Of a DNA stretch of 64,000 bases, positions 24,578 through 36,575 are shown in pieces. How positions within the stretch are numbered: position 1 is the stretch's first letter; every line of letters starts with the position of its first letter. The notes below the pieces were generated by a model that was not told the DNA's origin, did not search any database, and was given only the letters and a program-made list of their open reading frames with translations. The stretch is taken from assembly GCF_964204865.1 (NCBI RefSeq), contig NC_135254.1, positions 5,208,001-5,272,000 of the forward strand, given 5' to 3'. The stretch comes from Styela clava. Its lineage: Eukaryota. The position numbers and the translations under genes are program-made.

Positions 24578-25070
24578 CCCGAAATTGTTCAACGTGATAT
24601 CAATCGCATACGAAAGTGACAATAATTCTGGTGCCACTAGGGCAGGAGTTCTCAACCTGGGTTCGCGAACCCCAGGAATCTACGAGAAGATTTCCAGGGG
24701 TACTTGGATGACAGTCGAGTTTTTGTATGTTGCTGTTTTTTAATATCCTTTATTACTACCATGGGAAATGCGTATACATTGAAACTAGACGCCAATTGAA
24801 ACGTAGATTTTCCCTGGTCTTGCGTTGTTGTGATTATGACGCAACAATGTGAAATTCAAGGCTTTGCGTACAAACTGTGAAATCTTTAAAGACAGCGTGC
24901 TGCGAGCATTGGATAAGTGATTATGATTATTGTAACTCGGGAGAGATTTTAAGAATTCATTAGTTTGGCAGACGACAAGGGCCATAATACCAACAAGACG
25001 ATTTAATTTAGTTACATATGGTCAATAAATTGGTGTTGCAACAAATTGTTATTTAATATATCAGTATATC

Positions 25071-26319
25071 TAGGGTTACCATATTTTGGGGACTTCAAAT
25101 CGGGACGCCTCGAAAGACAACGACCCATTAGCTGTGATTTTGTAACTTCACATTTTCCGATTTTACTACATAGGCCTATATTCCTACATTTAAAGCTGTC
25201 TCGGCTGTCTTTATTGACCATATTGTTATCGAAACTTCATGCGCTTATTTTCTGTCCAAATATCGGGTTCAGTTCAAAAAGTAGGAAGGAATTGACGTTA
25301 ACGATACCGGTACAAATAATTCGAATTTAGAATAATTAGTATTGGTTTTACATGCGATACGTCTGCCATCAATGGGAATCAGCGGGAAACGAACGCATTC
25401 ACCTCTTGCCTTTCCCTCTAATTTTTTGTGTGGCCCGGCTGGATGTCTGAAGATGGTCATATAGCCCAGGGCTACTCAACTATTTTTATCGAAGGTCCGT
25501 AAACGAAACTTCAAAATTATTTGGGTCCGGTCTTTCCAGAAATGATATTTCGGCATCCTTAAACGAGCACTTCCTCGACCGACTAATGATTAGTAGCAAA
25601 TTAAAATTGTTCATTATGGTGTTATAGTTCTTTTCGTATATATTCAAAACTATGAAAGTCATTTTATAATAGGAAATTCAAAAAGTGGGGCTAATGATCC
25701 AAAATAAATAATTAGGTGCGGTCCAAATCCAATACTCGAAAGATCCGGATTCGGACCGCGGTCCGCCAGTTGAGTAGCCCTGATATAGCCTACCGAAAAA
25801 AAAAGTTTCACATCACTGTTATAGTGTTTAATGTGTTATCTATGCCATACTAGAGCATCGCTGATACCTCCATACCATTGACTACTGCGTTTAATAAGTA
25901 TGAAACACGTAAAAATAACAAATGTCTTATTTTAGAAACAGCAAATTGCGCAGGATTCGTTGGTTCAACCACCACAGTTGAAAGGACTTATCATCAACCA
26001 GAATACTGCAACAAATCGTCGGATGGAAACTTGATGCCATTTGTTGAAGTCAGTTATGTTTCAGATGGTAGAAAAACGAATTATTCCGGAAATAATATGG
26101 GATTCCGAATTCGTTATAACTTTACCAGATGCATACAAGGTAAAATACTTTTACTTCAGTAAGAAGGCTAGCGTTGCGCTACACAGAAACAACAGTAACA
26201 AGAACATGTTTGTGTATTATGCTGGAAAAGCGGGACTTTTGGCTGACTTATCGGGACGGCGGGACAAAACGCTGAAAAGCGGGACTGTCCCGCCTAAAGC
26301 GGGACGTATGGTAAGCCTG
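25071..26319. mobile_element. Non-autonomous hAT (Blackjack-type ends, CGGGAC repeats) carrying a host exon copy
   Basis: Ends tagggttaccata / tatggtaagcctg; TSD agtatatc at 25063-25070 and 26320-26327. Confidence 0.88.
25467..25782. mobile_element. hAT MITE, innermost member of the nest
   Basis: Perfect TIR cagggctactcaact / agttgagtagccctg; TSD atatagcc at 25459-25466 and 25783-25790. Confidence 0.93.
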
Positions 26320-27169
26320 AGTATATCACAACTTTGTTCGGTATCAGATTATTGGGGGTTCGCGTTGATTGTTTGGTGACTCAAGGGATACTTGACAGAA
26401 AAAAGGTTGAGAACCCCTGCACTAGGGTATGTCTTTCATTTCATAAAGACATTCCCATAGAATTTAGTTTTTAACTCTAACTAAAACCACTAAGATCACA
26501 CAGCCGTTGAGATCAAATACCGTAAAGCTAGGGGAGACCACTAGATTCCAAGAACTAGAATTATGATGATGCATTTTGAGACTGTACATATAAATTGAAG
26601 TAGTTCGAAATTCTTAGTTGCGCTAAAGTTCCTCAATACTTTTCAAAGCGATAGTCATAATATATGAATGAGTGTCCATAAAGTCGCTTCACAATTTCAA
26701 TATATCTTAACCAGGTTTGTTGTTTTTGATAAATGTAAGTATTTTTACTTCAATTAATACATCTGTGTGGGCCAAAACAATATATGGTATGATTGATAAA
26801 TTCCCGTTGCAATTAAAAAAAAAAACTTATATAATACAGCGCAATTATGCGAAATGCATTTTATCAGGTTTCATCAGAAGCACAATATCGCAATGCAATG
26901 GTAGTGAAATGATTATTTCTAACGGAACCGGTCACATTCAATCTCCGAATTACAAAAACGAATATGGGAAAAATGCAAGCTGCACATGAAAGTTTGTCCC
27001 TGAAGAAAATGACAAATTTATGCAACTGAATCTTACAGTTGAATACCAACGACAATATTTTATAAAATATTTGTTCTTTCCGGTGTGTCCTGGATCATAC
27101 ATACTACCAGTAAATCACGGTAATTCAGGTTTTTGCAATTCATTTTGTCGGGGGCATCGCAGTGAAGGC

Positions 27170-27450
27170 AGTGGCGTATTTACGTAAAATGACGCCCCTG
27201 GCGCAAAGCTCAAGAATTCACCACTTGATTATTAAATGTCAATTGTTGTTGAACGCGGACAAACGACTGATGTTGTTGAATTGAGATACTTGTGCATTAT
27301 TATTTATGCAAAAATACAAGTTTCAATTTTTTCCCAAGTTTAAATTATTTATTAAAACATTCTACGGTCGAAAATTTTGCCTTTTTGCGCCTCTATTCAA
27401 GCGGCGCACATGGCACAAGCCATGGCTTCCACACCCTAGATACGCCACTA
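27170..27450. mobile_element. MITE interrupting the CUB exon
   Basis: Ends cagtggcgtattta / tagatacgccacta; no matching TSD, suggesting an adjacent deletion. Confidence 0.7.
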
Positions 27451-27788
27451 GATACTGATTTATAATCATATTTCTTTTCACGATTTAAAGCATTTTTAAG
27501 TTCTACTGTCTTAAAATATGTCGATGCATCTGAAAACAAATAACTGACTAACTAATCTTATACCCAACATGAAGTGTTGGCCGGACGATAGCTCATGGTT
27601 CGCCATATGATTAATGTGTGGTATCAGCTCTTCTCTCCCAGTGATAAATAAGCAAATCTAGCCGTATTTTATATAAATAAACATCCCCAGCAAAATGGCC
27701 AATAAAACCAGGTCTAACTGTCAAAGAAGTGTTCTCAAGCATTGTGTATATTCCCTGTAATTGACCTAGTTATATAACGCCTTTTGTG

Positions 27789-28037
27789 CAGGAGTGTGCA
27801 ACAGGCGGCCCGCGGCCACAATCCGGTCCGCCAAGCCATTAAGTACGGCCCTTGTCAACACTCAGATTTTCCTTATTAGGCATAAAATCCTAATCTGGCA
27901 GTATCACATAGATAAAAATACATAATGGTTTTTTTGCTCTTGTCGTTGCTTTAAATCTTTCGCCGTTGTGCCCGGTGCTTTTTTTGCTGTAAGACTGACC
28001 GATATTTACATTCTCTTCTCTTGCGTTTCCCGCTAAA
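27789..28037. mobile_element. Truncated hAT MITE left arm fused to the middle of the CUB C-terminal exon
   Basis: Left end caggagtgtgcaacaggcggcccgcggcc; no right TIR; sequence switches to exon at ~28038. Confidence 0.6.
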
Positions 28038-28317
28038 AATACTGCAACGAATCGTCTGATGGAAATTTGATGCCATATGTTGAAGTCAGTTATGTTTCAG
28101 ATGGTAGAAAAACGAATTATTCCGGAAATAATATGGGATTCCGAATTCGTTATAACTTTACCAGATGCATACAAGGTAAAATACTTTTACGAGATAATAA
28201 GTATGACTTACATTTTGGACATTTAAATGTTTTCTGACTATCCACACAAGAACCTTTTGAAATATTAAGAATTTGGTCTTGGTGAGGATAGGAATACGTC
28301 GCTACAAAAATGTAGAC

Positions 28318-28628
28318 CGGTGGTTTCAAACATTTTATGGCTTGTGTTCCCCTTTCAGAGGCTTTCAGCACTCGTGGCCCTACTGTTTGTCTCTGCAGGA
28401 GTAATTATAAGGTTATTGGTTGATTCCTAATTCCATTAGGTTTAATCAAAAAATGCTCAACAATATGAAAAATCCCTGTGGAATAACCTTGCCCAGCTAT
28501 GAAACTGGGTAAAACGGGAGTTTTCTTGTAAAGGGAAAAGTAAAATCAGTTTTCCGACTAGCATTGTGCGTCCCTTCAATTGTTTTGTGACCCCCTGGGG
28601 ATCACGGTCACCCGGTTGGGAACCGCTG
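28318..28628. mobile_element. hAT MITE (CAGTGGTT-type; relatives ~30340-30610, 41098-41332, ~47274-47456, ~50019-50279, ~55358-55507)
   Basis: Ends cggtggtttcaaac / gttgggaaccgctg; TSD atgtagac at 28310-28317 and 28629-28636. Confidence 0.85.
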
Positions 28629-28845
28629 ATGTAGACGACAGCCGTAAAATTTTTTAATATTTAACGCTTACAACCTGAATTCAATTTTTATATGGTTTAG
28701 CGTCATCGTTAATTACAGATTCAAGAGAAACTACATCCGCATCAACGAATATACAGACGACAGGTAGGCATGCAACCAGGGTCGCATCATGGCTTGTAGT
28801 GGTCCTAAGCACGTGAGACTTTGGTGCCCTATATATAAAAAATAA

Positions 28846-29075
28846 AGTACTCCCGAAGTATGTGAACCAAGATGGCGGACACCGGAACATAGTATGTGTA
28901 CCAGGTTAGGCCCTAATTTTATTCCAATTTTCCTTATTTTAGTTCTATTACAAGTTCAGGGACTGGTCAAGAGACTCCCGTAGTATTAGTACCTGAAATT
29001 ATGGCCTCACCCTAACCTGGTACACATGCTACGTTACGGTGTCCGCCATCTTGGTTCACATACTTCGGGAGTACC
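28846..29075. mobile_element. TTAGGG-MITE copy (same family as 6649-6884)
   Basis: Long TIRs gtactcccgaagtatgtgaaccaagatggcggacacc / ggtgtccgccatcttggttcacatacttcgggagtac. Confidence 0.88.
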
Positions 29076-29440
29076 TAAAAAAATAATATTAATAGGAATG
29101 TGCCTAGTTTTCCGTGTTATCTGAAATTTAATTAATAAGTTCCCGTATATATTCATTACTGATTGAAGGCCAAATTAATTAAAAATAATTATTTGAATGT
29201 TATTTTTTGAAAATAGTTCTCATACATACGGACTTTTGTAGAGAGGTAAGATAATACTTGAAGAAAAACGAGCAAAATTTATTTCAGCTACACTAATCTT
29301 AAAATCCGAATCGTCTGACCAATCATTTTTTTAAAGTTTTTCAAGTACTGAGACATATTTCAAACTCTTCTTCAAATACTTCTTTTGTTGCCGCCTTTTG
29401 CTTGGTACCTACCCCTAAGCACGTGCTTATTTTGCCTTAC

Positions 29441-29640
29441 CTGACGCTTTTTAACAGTTTTTGAGGTTACGGTGAATTGCTATTCAAACGTTTCATGACT
29501 AACGCTTTTTAACAGTATAGAAGTCATGGTGAAATGCTAATCAAACGTTCAATCACTGAAGCTTTTTAACAGTATGGAAGTTACGGTGAAATGCTATTTA
29601 AACTTTTAACGTCTGACGTTTTTTAACAGTATTTAACAGT
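29441..29640. repeat. ~57-bp tandem repeat, about 3.5 copies
   Basis: Repeating ct(g/a)acgctttttaacagt...gttacggtgaaatgctattcaaacgttt. Confidence 0.8.
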
Positions 29641-32600
29641 AAAAATCGGTGGCACTTTGGCACCGAGATGCACTCTCAGCGTCATAAAACTACTTTGGTA
29701 CGTATTCTCACTTTCTTAACGTGATCCAATTACATAGTGAACTGGCACCAATTGTGGTTAGGTATGCATCCAATCTCATACCGATATTTTCATAGAATTC
29801 AGTAATCATATGATGAGTGCGAGGAAACTTTCCGCAACAGTTCGGCCTGGACAAAAAATATTGCCAATGATATCACACTGTCATCGCAGATCGCATATCA
29901 AAGTGACATAATAATTTCGTATGGCTGATAAGCTATACAAAATCCAAGTTACACTCGCGTCCTCGGAAGACATAATGACAAGTTATTTGATTTAAAACTA
30001 TTATTTGGAAACAACTATAAACTGACGAATAACATGAAATACTATCACAAATAGGCAATGTTTACAACCACGCTTGAATATCTGTCAGTCACGTCATGAA
30101 TTTCAATTGTTGTTCACATCAGTTTTTTTTTTCGGAAGCATGGACTTGACGTGCGCGATTAGGATTTATATCATGAGTTTTTGCGATTCAATTCTGCCAA
30201 TTTTTGCGACAAGAGTACTTACTACAGCGTACGGAACGATCCAAACTTGTGTCCAATAAATTCAAAGCATGACTTCCTGCCGTTTGTTAACTGAAGGCTA
30301 CTATTAAACAGTCAATCGTGGCAGAATTCCTGTTTAGTCCAGCGGTTCTCAAACTTTTTAAGCCACGCCGCCTTTCTAGATTTTGGCAAATCTAGCGTCT
30401 CACCTCTAAAATAACTAGCTAACAATAAGCTGCAACTTACAGATAGTAAGGCGAAAGTATGTTTTTTCAAAAAAGATGGAACTTGAATATATAAAATAAA
30501 GAAATGTAACTATTCAAAATAGAGCGGGCAAGATGAAATATAACAAATGTTTTTATTTTTAATTAGCACCACACTCCCTCAAAAACGGTCTATACCCCAT
30601 TCTATTCGAGAAGGAACATTTACAGATGTAGACTGAAAACTAACAATAAATTATGATTACACCTGTCGCCTGTTTGTATTAAAAAGAAAAAGATGACCAG
30701 TGGTTACTTTATTTTTGTTGTATATTATTTACAATCTGCAGGGTGCACACAACGGTAGCGGAACAACAGGAACCGACACCAATCAACATTACAACTACGT
30801 CAGTTGGTGGGAGAAGTCCGTCGACATCTGCCTCGCCGAACTCGGCTTACGAAGAAATCGGCAACCAAAAATACGAGAACTTGCCGACACCAAATGAAGA
30901 GGATCCGTATTTAACGCCGTTTGAAATTGAGAACGCTGGGTATGAAGTCCCAATATCAAGGCGTTAATACTAACATATACTAAAACTAAGAAACCATTTA
31001 CTCTATATTTCCCAAAACCTGACAGTAGGCTGACACCATACGAAAAAAGGGCGAAAAGTGATAAGAACCTAAGCCCAGGCCGCTTCCACTTTCCAAAAAA
31101 TTTGACGATGATTCTGGTCAGAGACCCCTGTTAATAAATGTCATGCCTGTAAACTGGCAAACGCAACTCAGTAGCGGAGGGGTGTCCATTTCGGTCCGTT
31201 TTAATTTCTTAGAGCTGTCTCATTGGTAGTATGAAGCAAGGATGTGTAAATTTATATCTTACAAATCGGGAAGTTTAGGGTGGTATATTAGGCCCAATAG
31301 AATTACAAACACAACTGTTGTTACAAGACAGTACATGAAACATCACAAACTACGGTGAAAGGTTTTGTTGAAATGCTTTTCATTGAGTTTATTTTCTTTA
31401 ATTCTTACTACATTCGGCTTTAATTTTATAAATAAAAGAAGAAAACTTAAATGTTGATACACGAACTGAAGTATTTTACCAACATCTGCAAGGTTCACAT
31501 TTTTGCTGAAATAGTCATATTCTATCAAAGACTCTACTAGCACCCTTGAATGACGCATGCCATATAGACACAAGAACCGCACATTCACCTTTTATACTTC
31601 GCCCATTTAAATTATATGGTCTCACCACTCAAAGGTGCTGTATTTACGCCTAAATTTCATCATTATGTACCTGTACTTGGTGTTGTGTTGTCTCTATTTA
31701 TATATATTGTCATGTCTTACAAACTCCCCTGTATAAACAGTTTTGCATGCTCCACCCTTACCACTCTCGCCCCACCTTGCACAACTGCCTGTATAAGGGA
31801 CTATATTTAACGTATTCAATCTAACGTTTTTTGTTTTATATTTGTCAAAAGGGGTGCATGCCGCACATTTGTGTTTTAGTCCAGTAGGTCTTGTGCATGC
31901 ATCCCGATGATTGTCAATTTATTTATTTCTCACTATTACGAGACGAATAAACATACATAATACAAACAAATTCAGTTCATGGCAAACGTCACTGTCAGAC
32001 TACGTCATATTTAAAATTATTACGATATAAGATTATAAATTAGTTAATAGACTTCGGCCATGGATACATTCAGTTTTAAAAAATTGTATTAGTTGCATGG
32101 TTCTTACTTTAGTTTGTGTTTTATTATCTGAAAATGTTTTTTTTTTTCTGCCTGATTTCATACAATGTCTGTTTGTTTTGCCGTATGCTTTCACGGTTCT
32201 TGGACGGGCGCCTACGTTTTTTTCCCTATCTGAGTTGTGCTTGCCTTCCAGATAACTCTGCAGTTTCCATGTCCGTTTGTTGTTGTTTTGTTTTATGCAA
32301 AAGCGATCAAATTGGAATTGATTGATAATGCGAATTTGGCGCGTTTTGATGTCTGTAAACACAAAGCCTGGTGCGATTTCCGTTCAAAGTGTTCAGGTGC
32401 GCGCTGTTCACCTACCGAAAAAAATGGAAAAACAAAAAGGAACTTTCGTCTTCTTCAGAAAGTTCCATAATCTTATCTTATTCATTCCCCATATAAACAC
32501 TGATAAGTCCAGCCATGATGCAGTTATGAAACGTCCACAACAACGTCATGTCGGACACGTGACTTCGCTGGGTGCCGAAAACCAGCTAATTGTGATGTCA

Positions 32601-32877
32601 TTTAGAACAAATACACATGCTTTGTGACAGTTGGTATAGTACAATCTCCAGATCTAGAATGCAAGTTCCTATTTGGATTGAAGTTGCCAGTTTTTCTTCT
32701 TTTTCATTTCTTATTTATATTCGCTTTCTTATATTTTATCAATGATACTATAATCAAATAATTGCCTATATGTAGAAAAAGTATGTGTACCAATATGGAT
32801 ATAACTAACTTTGTCAGCCTATTTTACATCGAATTGTTTGGCTAACACAGACAGTCCCGAACTCGTAATAAAACTAA

Positions 32878-33150
32878 AACGAGAATATCGGTCAGAGACC
32901 GAAGACTTATCGATCGAAAGTCAGGGGATCCCCAAAACAGCGCTCTTACTCCATAGTGACACCTTGTGTCCCATCACTAATTAATTAATAACTCGCTAAT
33001 TATACGACATAATTCATCCAAAATCAATAGGCTTCTGGTAAGATATATGATGAATGCACATGCAAAATCTGGAGCAGATTCAATCTCGCTTCCGTGGGAT
33101 ATCGCGTACATCTAACAGACAGACAGACAAATACCTATCAACATACTAAT
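32878..33150. mobile_element. Helentron-associated (HINE/DINE-like) element inserted into a MITE; other copies 34734-35010 and 60801-61093
   Basis: Terminal palindrome cggtcagagaccg, (CAGA)n microsatellite, terminal hairpin tacttacc...gataagta in the 61066-61093 copy, no TSD. Family class is inferred from structure. Confidence 0.6.
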
Positions 33151-36100
33151 AAGGATAATAAGGAAAATTGGAATAAAATTAGGGTCTAACTCTAACACAT
33201 ACTTGGTACACATACTTAGGGAGTACCGAATGGTTGTATCGTTACCACTGATTCTTCTATCTATTTTCATTTATTATTCATATGTTATGTATTTTCTGGT
33301 ATGACGAAAAAATAAATTCCCTCTTTCGCACTACCTGACATCAAATCGAGTTATCTATTAATGTCATTGATATTTTACATTATGTTCCATTCGGAACTTA
33401 ATTTAATATTGTGTAGACTTTTGCGAAAATAAAATCTTTCTCGATAGTTTCCGTTTCATATTTCATTAATGTGTATTTTCTTTTCCTGATCCCCCATATC
33501 CGTGGCATCTATATGTTCAAGCAGATGACAGCACTTTTGAACCCACGTACATTTGCACCCGTATATCCGCGGGTTCAATCTACATGCGGGTGCTAAAATC
33601 CATGGGTTAGGGTTAGTATGGGTTCAAATATCCGTAAAAAAAATTCCATAAATAGTATGCAGGTGCAATTGTTGTGGGTTCAAATGTAATGGAAATGTTT
33701 AAGCAATATGGTATTTATTTGCTGGATAGCGTTACTGCCACGGTTGTGTTAATAAGTCTTCGGTTTTCTGTGACAGCCTTTCATTAATCATTTTGTGTTA
33801 ATCTGTTCATTATTTACATCAGGGGTCGGCAACCCCTGGCACGCGTGCTATTTGTGGCACGCGAGGGAATAACTCATGGCCCGCCAAACGATTTAAGGCA
33901 GATTCGCGACAAACTTTCTACGTTTGAACTAAAAATAACAATTCGACAAATACATTGGAAAAAACATTCAATATTTAACTGCAATCGACGAGAGGCTGAG
34001 ATCTGTACCTGAAATCGGCGTAGATAAGCATGTGCGATGTAGTCGACCCCCCTTTCTCCCTGAATCACATATTATTTCACGACAACGATAATAATTACTT
34101 TCTTTTTGCCCAGAATTGTAAATTCGCTGAAAGTTATTATACGTTCATCGGCGGCGAGATCTTAAGTTCCAACAAAGGAGTGAATCGTCAACACAAATTT
34201 TTTGATTGAGAAGTGGCAATATAAAATACCAATAATAAAATTAAAACTTGTGGGAGGCCCGCGACAGATTAAAAACACTACTCTAAACATTGTAAATAGC
34301 AAAGATGAGTTTCGACACATGGCACACATAAGTTTCGGTGGCGTTGGGAACCATACCGTTACTAAAATCGAAACACAGTCAATTGTGCGCGGACTTATCC
34401 ATTAATTTAAAATGCCGTCGAAAAAATTTTCGTGTTAATATTATACAAGGTTGGAAACGCGGCTTTTCCCAAGTCGTGGAGATATATAAGATAATTAATC
34501 AAACTTAATTAAGTATATTCAATCAATTTTTATTGTAATAAGATAAATTTCACTCCGTGAGATTTTATAGCAAACTTGGGGATTTTTCCAACGGTTTTAT
34601 CTTAAAAATAATCTGAGTGGCATCATTGCGATAGAGCGGAGTCGGTGTTGCAGCTACAGCTCAGATTTGTCGAGTTTGCAAAATACGGATCAAAACTAGA
34701 TGTAATAAAGTTTACCACACATTTCCATGTCCGCGGTCAGAGACCGAAGACTTATCGATCGAAAGTTAGGGGATCCCCCAAAACAGCGCTCTAACTCCAT
34801 AGTGACACTTTGTGTCCGATCACTAATTAATTAACAACTCGCTAATTATACGACATAATTCATCCAAAATCAATAGGCTTCTGGTACGATATATGATGAA
34901 TGCACATGCAAAATTTGGAGCAGATTCAATCTCGCTTTCGTGAGATATCGCGTACATCTAACAGACAGACAAACAGACAAATACCTAGCAACATACTTAC
35001 CGATAGGTAATAAGGAAAATCGGAATAAAATTAGGGTCTAACTCTAACACATACTTAGGGAGTACCGAAAGGTTGTATCGTTACCACTGATTCATCTATC
35101 TATTTTCATTTATTATCCATATGTTATGTGTTTTCTGGTATGACGAAAAAATAAATTCCCTCTTTCCCACTACCTGACCATCAAATCGAGTTATCTATCA
35201 ATGTCATTGATATTTTACATTATATTCCATTCGGAACTTAATTTAATATTGTGAAGACTTTTGCGAAAATAAAATCTTTCTCAATAGTTTCCGTTTCATA
35301 TTTCATTAATGTGTATTTTCTTTTCCTGATCCCCCATATCCGTGGCATCTATATGTTCAAGCAGGTGACAGAACTTTTGAACCCACGTACATTCGCACCC
35401 GTATATCCGCGGGTTCAATCTAGATGCGGGTGCTAAAATCCATGGGTTAGGGTTAGTATGGGTTCAAATATCCGTAAATAAATTCCATGAATAGTATGCA
35501 GGTGCAATTGTTGTGGGTTCAAATGTAATGGAAATGTTTAAGCAATATGGTATTTATTTGCTGGATAGCGTTACTGCCATGGTTGTGTTAGTAGGTCTTC
35601 GGTTTTCTGTGACAGCCTTTCATTAATCATTTTGTGTTAATCTGTTCATTATTTACATCAGGGGTCGGCAACCCCTGGCACGAGTGCTATTTGTGGCACG
35701 CGAGAGAATAACTCATGGCCCGCCAAACGATTTAAGGCAGATTTGCGACAAACTTTCTACGTTTGAACTAAAAATAACAATTCGACAAATACATTGGAAA
35801 AAACATTCAATATTTAACTGCAATCGACGAGAGGCCGAGATCTGTACCTGAATTCGGCGTAGATAAGCATGTGCGGTGCAGTCGACCCCCCTTTCTCCCT
35901 GAATCACATATTATTTCACGACAACGATAATAATTACTTTCTTTTTGCCCAGAATTGTAAATTCACTGAAAGGTATTATACGTTCATCGGCGGCGAGATC
36001 TTAAGTTCCAACAAAGGAGTGAATCGTCAACACAAATTTTTTGATTGAGAAGCGGCAATATAAAATACTAATAATAAAAATAAAACTTGTGGGAGGCCCG

Positions 36101-36575
36101 CGACAGATTAAAAACACTACTCTAAACATTGTAAATAGCAAAGATGAGTTTCGACACATGGCACACATAAGTTTCGGTGGCGTTGGGAACCATACCGTTA
36201 CTAAAATCGAAACACAGTCAATTGTGCGCGGACTTATCCATTAATTTAAATTGCCGTCGAAAAAAATTTCGTGTTAATATTATACAAGGTTGAAAACGCG
36301 GCTTTTCCCAAGTTGTGGTGATATATATGATAATTAATCAAACTTAATTAAGTATATTCAATCAATTTTTATTGTAATAAGATAAATTTCACTCCGTGAG
36401 ATTTTATAGCAAACTTGGGGATTTTACCAACGGTTTCATCTTAAAAATAATCTGAGTGGCATCATTGCGATAGAGCGGAGTCAGTGTTGCAGTTACAGCT
36501 CAGATTTGTCGAATTTGCAAAATACGGATCAAAACTAGATGTAATAAAGTGTACCACACATTTTCATGTCCGCGG
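32889..36575. repeat. Tandem segmental duplication, two ~1.84-kb copies (32889-34733 and 34734-36575)
   Basis: Near-identical sequence at offset 1839-1845; duplicated ORFs 33874/35713 and 34202/36041; cgg microhomology at the junction. Confidence 0.95.

Larger units (their letters stand above)
24643..26419. mobile_element. Non-autonomous hAT (Charlie-type ends), outer member of a triple nest
   Basis: Ends caggagttctcaacct / aggttgagaacccctg; TSD cactaggg at 24635-24642 and 26420-26427. Confidence 0.9.
24173..30967 (+). pseudogene. CUB-domain receptor-like gene (signal peptide, CUB, S/T stalk, tyrosine-motif tail), apparently disabled
   Basis: Exon 24173-24212 MKITAIFVVLLFK ends in phase 1. 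Exon from 26868 reads GFIRSTISQCNGSEMIISNGTGHIQSPNYKNEYGKNASCT*KF, with the conserved CUB Trp replaced by TGA at 26987-26989. 5'-truncated exon 28038-28174 reads VSYVSDG...MGFRIRYNFTRC. S/T-rich exon 28701/28719-28763. Last exon 30742-30967 has YEEI, YENL, YLTP, YEVP; AATAAA at ~31133. No transmembrane exon found. Confidence 0.7.

Noticed and set aside
26987-26989. In-frame TGA as selenocysteine or alternative-code Trp
   Set aside because: A single TGG to TGA change is simpler, the gene has other lesions, LAMTOR3 in this window uses TGA as its stop, and no SECIS was recognised.
33874-36244. Duplicated ORF pairs (33874/35713 and 34202/36041) as genes
   Set aside because: They lie in a duplicated non-autonomous hAT arm, use non-ATG starts and show no recognisable domain.
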